The position numbers and the translations under genes were made by a program. A stretch of DNA of 64,000 nt from NCBI GenBank assembly GCA_021780755.1, contig JAJXYF010000008.1, positions 66,621 to 130,620 of the forward strand, read 5' to 3'. Every line of letters begins with the position of its first letter. Within the stretch, counting starts at the first letter, position 1. The notes beneath the pieces are model-generated. The model was not told where the DNA came from. It searched no databases and was given only the letters and a program-made list of their open reading frames with translations. Below, piece by piece: positions 19,277 through 27,602 of the stretch. The stretch is from Deltaproteobacteria bacterium. GTDB lineage: Bacteria; Desulfobacterota; Binatia; Binatales; Binataceae.

Positions 19277-19804
19277 AATGCGGTCGCGCCAAATAGTGCG
19301 AGCGATAGTTACATCCGCCGAAGCGCATTAGCAAGTTCGGGTGGGCGGCCGACGATCGATGTACCTCATACGCCGTCACGCGAGGGCCATTAGAAAGAGC
19401 TCGGAGCGGGCCTTGTCGGTCACGATTTGCTTTCCGCTGGCGAGGCAGGTGCGCACGCGTTTGATGCCGTTCTTCTCGAAGACTTCAATCGACGAAACTT
19501 CCTCACCCAGGCGCAAGGTGACGCGGCGTTCGCGCAAGTGATAGATGAGCGTTTCAACGATCTCGGCATCAACGAAGTCGAGCAGGCGAGGGCGCACATA
19601 GGCCAGTGTTACGCGCACGCCGAGTGCGGCAAACAGGCTCGCGTATTCGCAGCCGATGACGCCGGCGCCGATCATCGCCAGGGTGCCCGGAAGTTCGTCG
19701 AGTTCCATCACGTCGTTGCTGGAAAAGACCGAGCGGCCGTCGAGCGGGGTGCGGTCGTCGCGTTGCAAACAACAGTATCGCCGGATTGTCGCAGTCGCGG
19801 TCAA
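19277..19804 (-). pseudogene. remnant of a pyridine nucleotide-disulfide oxidoreductase (SthA/Lpd-like), central NAD-binding segment only
   Basis: Encodes PGTLAMIGAGVIGCEYASLFAALGVRVTL...DAEIVETLIYHLRE (NAD-binding Rossmann of class I FAD-disulfide reductases). The N-terminal FAD domain and the C-terminal interface domain are both absent. The 3' end shifts frame (SNGPRVTAY... continues in another frame) and runs into the neighbouring gene. Confidence 0.55.
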
Positions 19805-20099
19805 AACGCTGATCTACGGCGTCATCACACTGTTGCTGGGCTTCCTCGAACGAACACTGGAAGCGCTGCATCGGGAGCATACATTGCACGAGGCGGAGCT
19901 CTACGTAATAGATCACGCGAGTATATATCGGTTGTTCGCATGGTCGCTCGGAATAAGCCTGGTGTTCGCGCTCTACTTCGCCTTATTCGAGATCAGCGAA
20001 CGGCTGGGAGCGGGGAAGCTGTGGGGACTATTTTTCGACTCTCCCAGAGCGGTTGGCGATCGGCACGCGAGCGCCAATGCCGGCAACGACGCGAACTAG
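19779..20099 (+). pseudogene. PsiE-like membrane-protein C-terminal fragment
   Basis: LIYGVITLLLGFLE...AELYVIDHASIYRLFAWSLGISLVFALYF resembles the C-terminal half of PsiE (conserved IVDH segment plus last TM helix). No N-terminal TM half precedes it. It abuts the oxidoreductase fragment on the opposite strand. Confidence 0.3.
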
Positions 20100-20202
20100 A
20101 ACCGCCGGCTAATGCGACGAAGTTTAGATCTCTACGACAAGGGCGCGCGGGCGCATTTAGTTCAGGTGTGAAGCCAATACTCATTTGGTTTTATCCGTGC
20201 GA

Positions 20203-22689
20203 TTAGCGATTGACTTTATCAGTTAGTGTCTTGATGGTCTCCCGCAACTGCGGATCCTCGGGAGTGAGCGCATAGAGGCGCTGGGCATAGGTCAACGCCT
20301 CGGCAGGTTTTCCGGTCTCATCGCAAATGCTCACAAGTGCGGCGAGTGAATCGTGATCGTAGGGATGTGTAGTGAGGTTGCGTTCGAGCGTATCGATGGC
20401 TTGGACGGTCTGGCCGTTGTCATTTAGCGCGATTGCGTATACGTATGCGTACCGGGTGTTTGCGGGATCCAATCGAGCGGCAGCGGCAAACAGGGCCAGC
20501 GCTTTTTGGCCTTCTCTCTGACGCACCATCAGGAGACCGAGGGTGTGCTGTAGCGAGGCGTCGTTGGGCGAACGGCGGATAGCATCCTCGAGGATTTGTT
20601 CGCCCTCGGCGTCCCGGTCCTGTCCGCGATAAAGGTCGGCAAGATTGATGGCGGCCGGGGCAAAGGCGGGGTCGAGTGACAATGCGGTTTTGAGTTCGGC
20701 CTCGGCACGGCCGAAGTGCTTTTCCCGCGCATAGAGCGACCCGAGATCCAGATGTGCTTCGGGTCTATCGGCGTTTAATGACTGAGCGGCGATGTACTCG
20801 TCGGTAGCGCTGGCCAGGGCGTCCGCGTCGTTGGCTGGGAAGGCGCCGGAGGGCGGTCCGGCCAGCACCTCGGCAGTCTCGATGCGAACCGAGCGCACGG
20901 GATCGCTCAGCAGGGGCGCGAGCGTCATTGCGGACGCCGCAGGGTCGGAGTTGGCAAGTGCGCGGGCGGCGGCACTCCTGACCAGCGGCGACGGGTCGGT
21001 GATCCCGTCGCGAATCGCGGCATCGATTGGAGATGGTGCGAGGTTGGAGAGCATCGATAGGGCGGTGGCCCGGGCAATCGCGGGCTGAGCGCGATCGGAG
21101 GCGAGCGCGGTGAGCGATTGCGGTGCTTCCGGCGTCTCCTGGGTTCCGGCCTCAAGTGCGGCAGCAAAATGCTGAAAGCCGACTGGCGTTCGTCCGTACC
21201 ATTTTTCGATCGCATCCGCAGCCCACTGGGCTGGTTTCTCCTGGTGACAATTGGTGCACGCATTGGGTGTCCCGAGTTTGACTGACAGGTCCGGGCGAGG
21301 GATGCGGAGGCTATGATCGCGGCGCGCATCGATCACCATATAGGTGCGCGTGGGCATGTGACATTCGACGCATCGCGCACCGGGCGATCCCATCTGATGA
21401 AAGTGATGTTTCGACGAATCGTAGCGCGGAGCGGAATGGCACTGCAGACAGACGCCGTTGCCGTCGGCGCGGAGCTTGAGGTTATGAGGTTCGTGGCAAT
21501 CGCTGCAGGTGACACCGGCGTGGTACATTTTGCTCTGGACGAAGGAGCCGTACTCATAGACTTCGCCCTTGATTTGGCCGTCCGGAAAATAGAGTTCCTG
21601 ATCGAGTAGCGCAACGCGATAATCGTCGCCGAGCGGTTGACCGTGGACGAAGTCTTCGCGGATGGCGCCGCGACGCGAATGGCAGCGGGCGCACATCTGG
21701 ATTTCGCGCTCTGAGGTGCGTGGCGCGCTGCGCGCTGGACTGCCGGTGAGGGAATTTATCGACCAGTCGATTCCGTCGCGTTCGTTGAGGGCGATAGTCA
21801 ATCCGTGATCGGCATCGAATTTACGCCATTCGCCCTGTTTGCGCGCCCACGCGTCATGATTCGAACCGGGCCCGTGGCACGCCTCGCAGGATACGCCGAT
21901 CTCGGAATAGCTAGTGGCATAAGCGCGCGTTCGCAAGTTGTAGTTCTTGCGCAAATTAGTCGAGTGACAATCCGCACACATGTAATTCCAGGTCTGGTCG
22001 ATAGCGGTCCAGTGGAGCGGATCGGAGGGCGAGGTGTTCTGGCCGGGATAGAGGAAGAACCAGCGCTGGCCTCCGCGCTCACGCGGGCGGCTGTCCCAGG
22101 CGATACCGAACGCCTGCAAGCGACCGCCGGGCATCGCGATGAGATATTGCTGCAGCGGATATACGCCAAAGGTGTATTTGATTTCGTAATCGTGAAGGGC
22201 GCCGTCGGGGCCGTTGGTGCGGACCATGAACTTCGAGTTACGGCGAAAGAAGGTCGAAACGACGCGATCGTTGGTCATACCGGCGTGGTTGAAATCGCCG
22301 AGGACCGAGGCGGTCGTTGCCGGCAGCATAGCCATTTGATGATGGGAGCCGCGCCATAGAGTACTTTCGCGTCGATGACAGTTCGCGCATTGAGCGGAGC
22401 CCACGAATTTAGCGGCCGGGGTGGAAGACACCGGGGTGGAAGACGTGTTCAACACAATCGGGAGACCAAGGGATTCGCGTGTCGATCGCGTCCAGAAGGC
22501 AACGCCGGCGATCGATAAGATTGCGATCGGGAGGAGCCACGCGAGGTGCCGGAATCTGTGAGTCGATCGCGGCTGCGACAGGGACGGTCGCGCAGGCGGC
22601 GCGAGGTCGCGATTTGGCGCCACATCAGCCCGCTTTCGTCCGGCCCTTTTTCTCTTACTCAAGCTCCAGCTCTTCCCGCCATGCGGCAT
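20203..22689 (-). CDS. membrane-anchored octaheme c-type cytochrome fused to HEAT-like and TPR repeats
   Basis: Eight CxxCH motifs (CANCH, CADCH, CEACH, CARCH, CSDCH, CLQCH, CVECH, CTNCH) after an N-terminal TM helix. Then PBS-lyase HEAT-like repeats (DPSPLVRSAAARALANSDP, DPVRSVRIETAEVLAG) and a C-terminal block of ~6 TPR motifs. Confidence 0.75.
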   Translation of the reverse strand: MPHGGKSWSLSKRKRAGRKRADVAPNRDLAPPARPSLSQPRSTHRFRHLAWLLPIAILSIAGVAFWTRSTRESLGLPIVLNTSSTPVSSTPAAKFVGSAQCANCHRRESTLWRGSHHQMAMLPATTASVLGDFNHAGMTNDRVVSTFFRRNSKFMVRTNGPDGALHDYEIKYTFGVYPLQQYLIAMPGGRLQAFGIAWDSRPRERGGQRWFFLYPGQNTSPSDPLHWTAIDQTWNYMCADCHSTNLRKNYNLRTRAYATSYSEIGVSCEACHGPGSNHDAWARKQGEWRKFDADHGLTIALNERDGIDWSINSLTGSPARSAPRTSEREIQMCARCHSRRGAIREDFVHGQPLGDDYRVALLDQELYFPDGQIKGEVYEYGSFVQSKMYHAGVTCSDCHEPHNLKLRADGNGVCLQCHSAPRYDSSKHHFHQMGSPGARCVECHMPTRTYMVIDARRDHSLRIPRPDLSVKLGTPNACTNCHQEKPAQWAADAIEKWYGRTPVGFQHFAAALEAGTQETPEAPQSLTALASDRAQPAIARATALSMLSNLAPSPIDAAIRDGITDPSPLVRSAAARALANSDPAASAMTLAPLLSDPVRSVRIETAEVLAGPPSGAFPANDADALASATDEYIAAQSLNADRPEAHLDLGSLYAREKHFGRAEAELKTALSLDPAFAPAAINLADLYRGQDRDAEGEQILEDAIRRSPNDASLQHTLGLLMVRQREGQKALALFAAAARLDPANTRYAYVYAIALNDNGQTVQAIDTLERNLTTHPYDHDSLAALVSICDETGKPAEALTYAQRLYALTPEDPQLRETIKTLTDKVNR

Positions 22690-22787
22690 ACGATCAATTT
22701 CGAGATTGCCAAGGAGCGGACCGATGTGCGAAGGATCAATCAGATATCGACGATGCTACCATAGTGAATCTCAGTTCGAGAAGTATT

Positions 22788-22919
22788 ATGCGCGGGATCG
22801 GTACGCTGCCCTTTTTGCTGGCCGCATTGCTGTTGGCAGCCTGTACGCAATCATTATCTTTCGCATCCGAGCAGGCCGCGGGTGAGGCGACCAGGTCCTG
22901 TGGACTACCGGCAAACTGA
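22788..22919 (+). CDS. putative 43-aa small lipoprotein (entericidin-like architecture)
   Basis: MRGIGTLPFLLAALLLAACTQSLSFASEQAAGEATRSCGLPAN: signal peptide with lipobox LLAAC. Weak RBS. Within an otherwise non-coding-looking 400-nt spacer. Confidence 0.3.
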   Translation: MRGIGTLPFLLAALLLAACTQSLSFASEQAAGEATRSCGLPAN

Positions 22920-23089
22920 CCCCCGCTCGAGCGCCAACAGCTTCAGACCAACCGGATGGATCGTGCGCGAAGGCTCGCAACTCTAACGCAGGCACTTGCT
23001 CGATGACCAATCGGAGCTGACGGAAACGACTGGTCCGACTACATCGCAAAGCAACACTCTGAAAAGACCAAGAGGAAGAGGTAGAGAAA

Positions 23090-23854
23090 ATGAATAACTC
23101 GGCGAAAAACCTGAAGCTCGTGACCGGCTTCGCGTCGGTAATTCTGGCCGGATGGCTATTGGCGGGCTGCTCGCAGACCGCGGCACCGGCACCCAACATC
23201 ATCGAGCGCGCTCAAGGAGAGACTGCGGCGCCGCCCCCGCCCAGCGGGTTTCTCGGCAGTGACTATTCTCTGATGACGCCACCCGCGGAGGGGAGCGATC
23301 AGAAAGCGATGCTCCGGTACGTTAATCCAAGCGTAAACTGGAGTAGCTACAATCAGATCATGATGGCGCCGGTTACCTTCTGGGCCGCCGATGATTCGAA
23401 AGTATCCGCCGCCGACCAGCAGGCTCTCTGCAACTACGCATACAACGAGTTTGTCAAAGTCCTCGGTAAGAACTTCATTCTCACGAGTCAACCCGGACCG
23501 GGGGTGATGAAGGTATCGCTCGCCTTGACCGATGCCACCTCGGCCGTCCCGGGCCTTCGCAGCATTTCCGTGTTAGTGCCGCAGGCGCGCGCGCTTAGTG
23601 CGATCAAGAAGTTGGCGACCGGCTCGTACGCCTTCGTGGGTTCGGCGCAGGGCGCCTTTAAGGCAAACGACTCCGTTTCGGGAGAGCTACTAGCCGCCGC
23701 GGTTGACAAGCGGGTCGGCGGTACGTCGATCAAAAACGTGGACGTGTTCCAGTGGGGTGATGCCGAAAACGCAATTGACTACTGGGCAGGCTTGACCGAC
23801 CAGCGCCTGGTTGCGTTCGGCGTGCAGAGCAGTGGATCGAGGGCCGGCAACTGA
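23090..23854 (+). CDS. putative lipoprotein (DUF-type, ~230-aa mature)
   Basis: Strong RBS (gaggaagagg). Lipoprotein signal peptide MNNSAKNLKLVTGFASVILAGWLLAGC. Start of the lower-GC segment. Confidence 0.55.
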   Translation: MNNSAKNLKLVTGFASVILAGWLLAGCSQTAAPAPNIIERAQGETAAPPPPSGFLGSDYSLMTPPAEGSDQKAMLRYVNPSVNWSSYNQIMMAPVTFWAADDSKVSAADQQALCNYAYNEFVKVLGKNFILTSQPGPGVMKVSLALTDATSAVPGLRSISVLVPQARALSAIKKLATGSYAFVGSAQGAFKANDSVSGELLAAAVDKRVGGTSIKNVDVFQWGDAENAIDYWAGLTDQRLVAFGVQSSGSRAGN

Positions 23855-24131
23855 GTATTCGAAACTTGCGTAATCGGTCCAGGCGGGAACGTCACCTGGT
23901 CCGATGGTGGTAACACTCCTTTTGCCGGCGGTAAGGGGACGGCATTGGAAGCCGGATTTCGCGTGCCGCGATCCTTCATTGGCCCGGTAAAGTGCCCGCC
24001 AACAAGATCGAAAATGGAATTGTCTCCGGACTCGACTGGTTTCCGACTTTCGTCGCCGCCATCCGCACCCAGGCCCGCCCCCCATCGCTAACGTCGTAAC
24101 TAGTAGGTGAAAGCCGACGGACTAGAATATC

Positions 24132-24908
24132 GTGGATCAAATTCGCAAAGCGATCTCCGAGCGTCTGTTCCCACATCGGCACACCGCCTTGCTGGTCGCG
24201 ATTGTGGCGTTGTTGGGGGTGCGCCCGTTAATCAGCGGCGCGGGGGCCGGTTCCGCAATGTACAGTGTAATGGCCATGCTTTTGCTGATGGTCGCGCTCT
24301 ACACCATCCAGGTGGATGAACTACAAGGCGATCGGGAAGTACTCCTCAAGCAGCGGAAGAACCGTGGCGTCGTCGGATGGGTTCTCGCGATCATCGCGAT
24401 CATTTTGCGCCTCGCGGAACTCGTGTCTCCAAACCATCAACTGGCTACCGCTACTTCAATTGTATGGCTGCTGTTTTTCATTTTTGTCACGCTGACGGAG
24501 TTGCGTGCGGTGCTCAAACAAAGAACCGTCACCAGCGAGACCATCAGCATGTCGATTTCCGTTTACCTGTTGATGGGACTGACCTGGGGTCTGCTCTTTA
24601 TCATGTTGTTCGACTTTCAGCCGAACGCGTTCAGTTTTGGAAGTGCTCCGGTTCCGACCGATCAGCAAGTCACGCCGGTCCTGATTTACTTCAGTCTGAC
24701 GACGTTGGCGACGGTCGGCTATGGCGATATCACTCCCGTGACCTTGCAAGCCCGCTATGCGGCGGTGGCCGAAGGAATCGCTGGTCAATTCTATCTGGCT
24801 ATTCTGGTCGCGCGATTGGTAGGTGTGCAGATGAGTCAGTCCGCCAGTCAAAACGCGAAAAATTCATCGAGCGACTCCGAGTCCAAAGACTCAGCGGAAT
24901 GCGACTGA
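24132..24908 (+). CDS. potassium-channel family protein (two-TM pore type)
   Basis: K+ selectivity-filter signature TLATVGYGDITP between hydrophobic helices, plus additional N-terminal TM helices. Confidence 0.75.
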   Translation: MDQIRKAISERLFPHRHTALLVAIVALLGVRPLISGAGAGSAMYSVMAMLLLMVALYTIQVDELQGDREVLLKQRKNRGVVGWVLAIIAIILRLAELVSPNHQLATATSIVWLLFFIFVTLTELRAVLKQRTVTSETISMSISVYLLMGLTWGLLFIMLFDFQPNAFSFGSAPVPTDQQVTPVLIYFSLTTLATVGYGDITPVTLQARYAAVAEGIAGQFYLAILVARLVGVQMSQSASQNAKNSSSDSESKDSAECD

Positions 24909-24995
24909 CTATATTCGCGAAGACGGCGCCTAAGGTGCCGCGCAGCTTTCGCCGCACAATGCGTTCACCCGCGTCGCATGCGTGCGCGCGGCAAC

Positions 24996-25880
24996 TTATT
25001 CACGGTTTTTCAATTGCGCACTCTCGTTTAGTCCATATACCATCGCGGTCTTGGTCGTGCCCAATTTGATCCATTCCGCGCAATCCAGTTGGACGCGCTT
25101 GTAAAATTCTTCCGAGAGCTCGAGAGACTCCTTGTTTACCTCTTCGAGCCGATCGAATTTGCACTGAAAGGCGAACTCGCCCGATAGCGACTTCTCCAGC
25201 GCCCGGCTGCGCCAAATTGCGATCGTGGTCTTACCCTTGAAATGGTGCCCGAAGTGGATCACCCCCATCGTATTCTGGACTTCCTCGACCGCTACGTTAT
25301 TAACCAGTGCCATCTTGGTTCGGGGCAGAATATTGATGTGTTTCAAGGTCGGAAATGCCCGCGTGATGTCTTCGACGCCGCGATCGAGCTCGATGTTCGG
25401 TGACGTCAGCACGCATCCGTGCGAATAGACGCTGCGCATCCCGCCCAGCCGATCGCGCTCGAGTAACAATTCCTCTTTGAACTTTATCTCGTCATGCCCA
25501 CCTAATTGCGGACGCACGTCAACGGTGGCGGCGGACTTTAGTTCCGGGTCCCGGTATTTGAAAGTGAGCTCGTGGCCGGGGCGGGGCCATCCCTGATCGT
25601 AAAAAGTACGTTTACGTAAGATGAAATGATGGTTATAAAGATCGAACTGCGGCGTGTCATAAAAGAGCACTTCCCGCACCTGACTATCGAATGCGTGTGC
25701 GTCAACGTCCACCTTGAGTCCGAGTTTTTTGAGCGTCTTCGACGCCCTTTCCCAAAATTCGAGAAAGCCGTGTTTGCTCGTAAACCGATCGGGCTGCAGC
25801 AGGATTTTGTACTCGCGGTAATGTACTACGTCGCTGGCGAGATGCTGCGTCTCGGAATGCTTGCTGATGTGCTTGTCCAT
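24996..25880 (-). CDS. hypothetical protein, unclassified (weak CYTH/triphosphate-tunnel-like pattern)
   Basis: 294-aa ORF with balanced, K/E-rich composition in a ~50% GC segment. Alternating charged-residue beta-strand patterns (YREYKILL, LRKRTF, EIKFKEE, LELSEE) reminiscent of the CYTH ExExK / RxR / ExExE pattern, but no secure family assignment. Confidence 0.45.
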   Translation of the reverse strand: MDKHISKHSETQHLASDVVHYREYKILLQPDRFTSKHGFLEFWERASKTLKKLGLKVDVDAHAFDSQVREVLFYDTPQFDLYNHHFILRKRTFYDQGWPRPGHELTFKYRDPELKSAATVDVRPQLGGHDEIKFKEELLLERDRLGGMRSVYSHGCVLTSPNIELDRGVEDITRAFPTLKHINILPRTKMALVNNVAVEEVQNTMGVIHFGHHFKGKTTIAIWRSRALEKSLSGEFAFQCKFDRLEEVNKESLELSEEFYKRVQLDCAEWIKLGTTKTAMVYGLNESAQLKNRE

Positions 25881-26038
25881 GGATCGAATTGCACCATAAT
25901 CGTATTAACAAGGCGAGTAGTATATGAGCGGGCACGCGGTAAGGAATGCTCCGAACCTGACGGTGAATTTCGCTCCATCGACAATTTTGTCGTGTGGCTA
26001 ACAGCCCCCTGTGTGGCCGAGGGCCGGATAGAACGAAT

Positions 26039-26073
26039 AGAGGGGCGTCCCGACGGACGTCCCTCTATTTTTA
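26039..26073 (+). terminator. canonical rho-independent terminator (12-bp stem, CGAC loop, T-tract) oriented on the + strand
   Basis: agaggggcgtcc-cgac-ggacgtccctct followed by ATTTTTATCTGGTTTTATT. No convincing + strand CDS ends here. Reverse orientation (A-tract/hairpin/moderately U-rich) could also serve the minus-strand small ORF. Confidence 0.5.
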
Positions 26074-26185
26074 TCTGGTTTTATTGAGCGTCCAGATGCT
26101 CAATAATATTCCAGGCGACCAGAGAGAAATTGGAGTTCCCCTCAGGGAGAATTCCTTTCCGCTGTTGCTCCGCTCGGGTTCCGGG

Positions 26186-26374
26186 TCAGGACCCGACTCC
26201 CTTGTTGCCTTTGGTTCCCGGTGAACCGTCACCACGGCTCCCAGGCTTTTTGGTCAGATCGGCTACCTTGCCGTAATCGATGACTTGAGGTTCCCGGTAT
26301 GGTTTTTTGTCGGCCGCTTTCCCACTCACCACCCGTTCCTCTGCCCAGTGCTGTCCAGATTGAAATTTCCTCAT
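26186..26374 (-). CDS. 62-aa Gly/Lys-rich small protein with lasso-peptide-leader-like motif (YxxPxLx3Gx5Tx)
   Basis: MRKFQSGQHWAEERVVSGKAADKKPYREPQVIDYGKVADLTKKPGSRGDGSPGTKGNKGVGS. GAGAGG RBS 8 nt upstream of the ATG. Located 25 nt downstream of the first DUF3494-like gene, with a hairpin/terminator downstream. Confidence 0.45.
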   Translation of the reverse strand: MRKFQSGQHWAEERVVSGKAADKKPYREPQVIDYGKVADLTKKPGSRGDGSPGTKGNKGVGS

Positions 26375-26399
26375 AGAAATAAACCTCTCTCTCGGCTTT

Positions 26400-27347
26400 T
26401 CAGCCGGCGCACGCCGGCAGCGAAAGCCCAGTGGCTGGTGCGAAATGTACGGTTAAATTCGGTCCGGTGGTGAGGCCGTAGTCGCAAATGATCGCGCCAT
26501 TGATCGTTACACCACTGCCCAGACTGCAAGTGTAGCCACCATGCACCGATCCGAAGACAACGCTGGAATTATTGAGAAAGACTGATGGTGTCGTCGCCGG
26601 CGGATTAAATCCTGCTGGCTCGGTGGTCGTGGTTATCCAGACGTTCTGCGCCAACAGACCACCTGCCAGTACGATTTTCGCGCCGTATCCAAGGCTCATG
26701 TTTCCAGGGGTCTCGAGAATGACCTGGTCGAGACTTCCCCCTTGGAGGGTCAAAACCGACGAACCTCCCATCGTGATACTCGGCGTACTGATGACGTTGA
26801 GGCCATTGGGTACCGCGTCGGTGACGGTCTGCGTCTTGCTGGCCGCCAGATTGACCGCCGGAATCGACTGCGTGGGCGCCAGGCAAGTGACCGCGTAATC
26901 AAAGTCTTCCTCCTGATTGACCGCACTGGCGATTAGCGCGATATCGGGATTGGTATTCGTCGTGTCCTCATTGGCGCAGGTTGCGCCAGTACCCAGCGTT
27001 ATCGCGCCACCGTCAGTCACGCAGGTTCCCGCGACGTGAGCATAATTGGCGAGAGAAATCGTCGCTCCGGGTCCGAGTTCGAACAGCGATGTAACAACGT
27101 CTCCCGGGATCATCGTGTTGTTCCCACCAATAGTGACGTTACCGTAGGTCGCGCCCACGTCCGTGCTCGTCCCCGTGATTACGGTATGGTTGCCAAGAAC
27201 GAGCGGACCCGCGTCCGAGATCACCGCGAAATCAACCGCGGACCCCAATGTGACCTGCGCATTGGCTAGGCCTGCCAGAGCAAGGCACGAGATGCTCGCA
27301 CACATTGCTAAAGACGCCCGCAACCCCCACCTACCTGAGTTCGTCAT
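26400..27347 (-). CDS. secreted DUF3494 (ice-binding-like) beta-helix family protein, paralog 1
   Basis: GAGGAGG RBS before ATG 27347. Signal peptide, then VTLGSAVDFAVISDAGPLVLGNHTVITG (DUF3494-type N-terminal motif). C-terminal beta-helix rung pattern (TLQGGSLDQVILETPGNMSLGYGAKIVLAGGLLAQNVWI...INGAIICD) shared with three other genes in the window. Confidence 0.6.
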   Translation of the reverse strand: MTNSGRWGLRASLAMCASISCLALAGLANAQVTLGSAVDFAVISDAGPLVLGNHTVITGTSTDVGATYGNVTIGGNNTMIPGDVVTSLFELGPGATISLANYAHVAGTCVTDGGAITLGTGATCANEDTTNTNPDIALIASAVNQEEDFDYAVTCLAPTQSIPAVNLAASKTQTVTDAVPNGLNVISTPSITMGGSSVLTLQGGSLDQVILETPGNMSLGYGAKIVLAGGLLAQNVWITTTTEPAGFNPPATTPSVFLNNSSVVFGSVHGGYTCSLGSGVTINGAIICDYGLTTGPNLTVHFAPATGLSLPACAG

Positions 27348-27602
27348 CAAAACTCCTCCTCGGGCTGAGTACCTGCTACCTGACGTTAGATCAACTAACG
27401 GTTTCATTCGCCGCTTTTGCAAGGCAAATCGATAATCGCAGAAACGACGTGCACATTAAAGTGGTTTGGGTCACTTTTGTGTTTCGACGGTAAGTATTTA
27501 GCTTATAATCATCTATCAGTGGCAGGCACTTTGCGTGACGTTCTATTTCCGCCTTTGGCGTCATTGCTCTGTCGCCGCGTCTTGCGGCTGCAGCGCATCG
27601 CT

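Noticed and set aside
25626-26087. 153-aa + strand ORF antisense to the 294-aa gene and running through the intrinsic terminator
   Set aside because: Its composition is junk-like, it reads straight through a stable hairpin plus T-tract, and the opposite-strand ORF is far more protein-like.
26186-27422. Complete lasso-peptide biosynthetic gene cluster
   Set aside because: Only the precursor-like small ORF is present. No Asn-synthetase-like cyclase, transglutaminase-like protease, RRE or ABC exporter gene is adjacent. The flanking genes are a DUF3494-like secreted protein and an unclassified protein. This is reported as a motif-level observation only.
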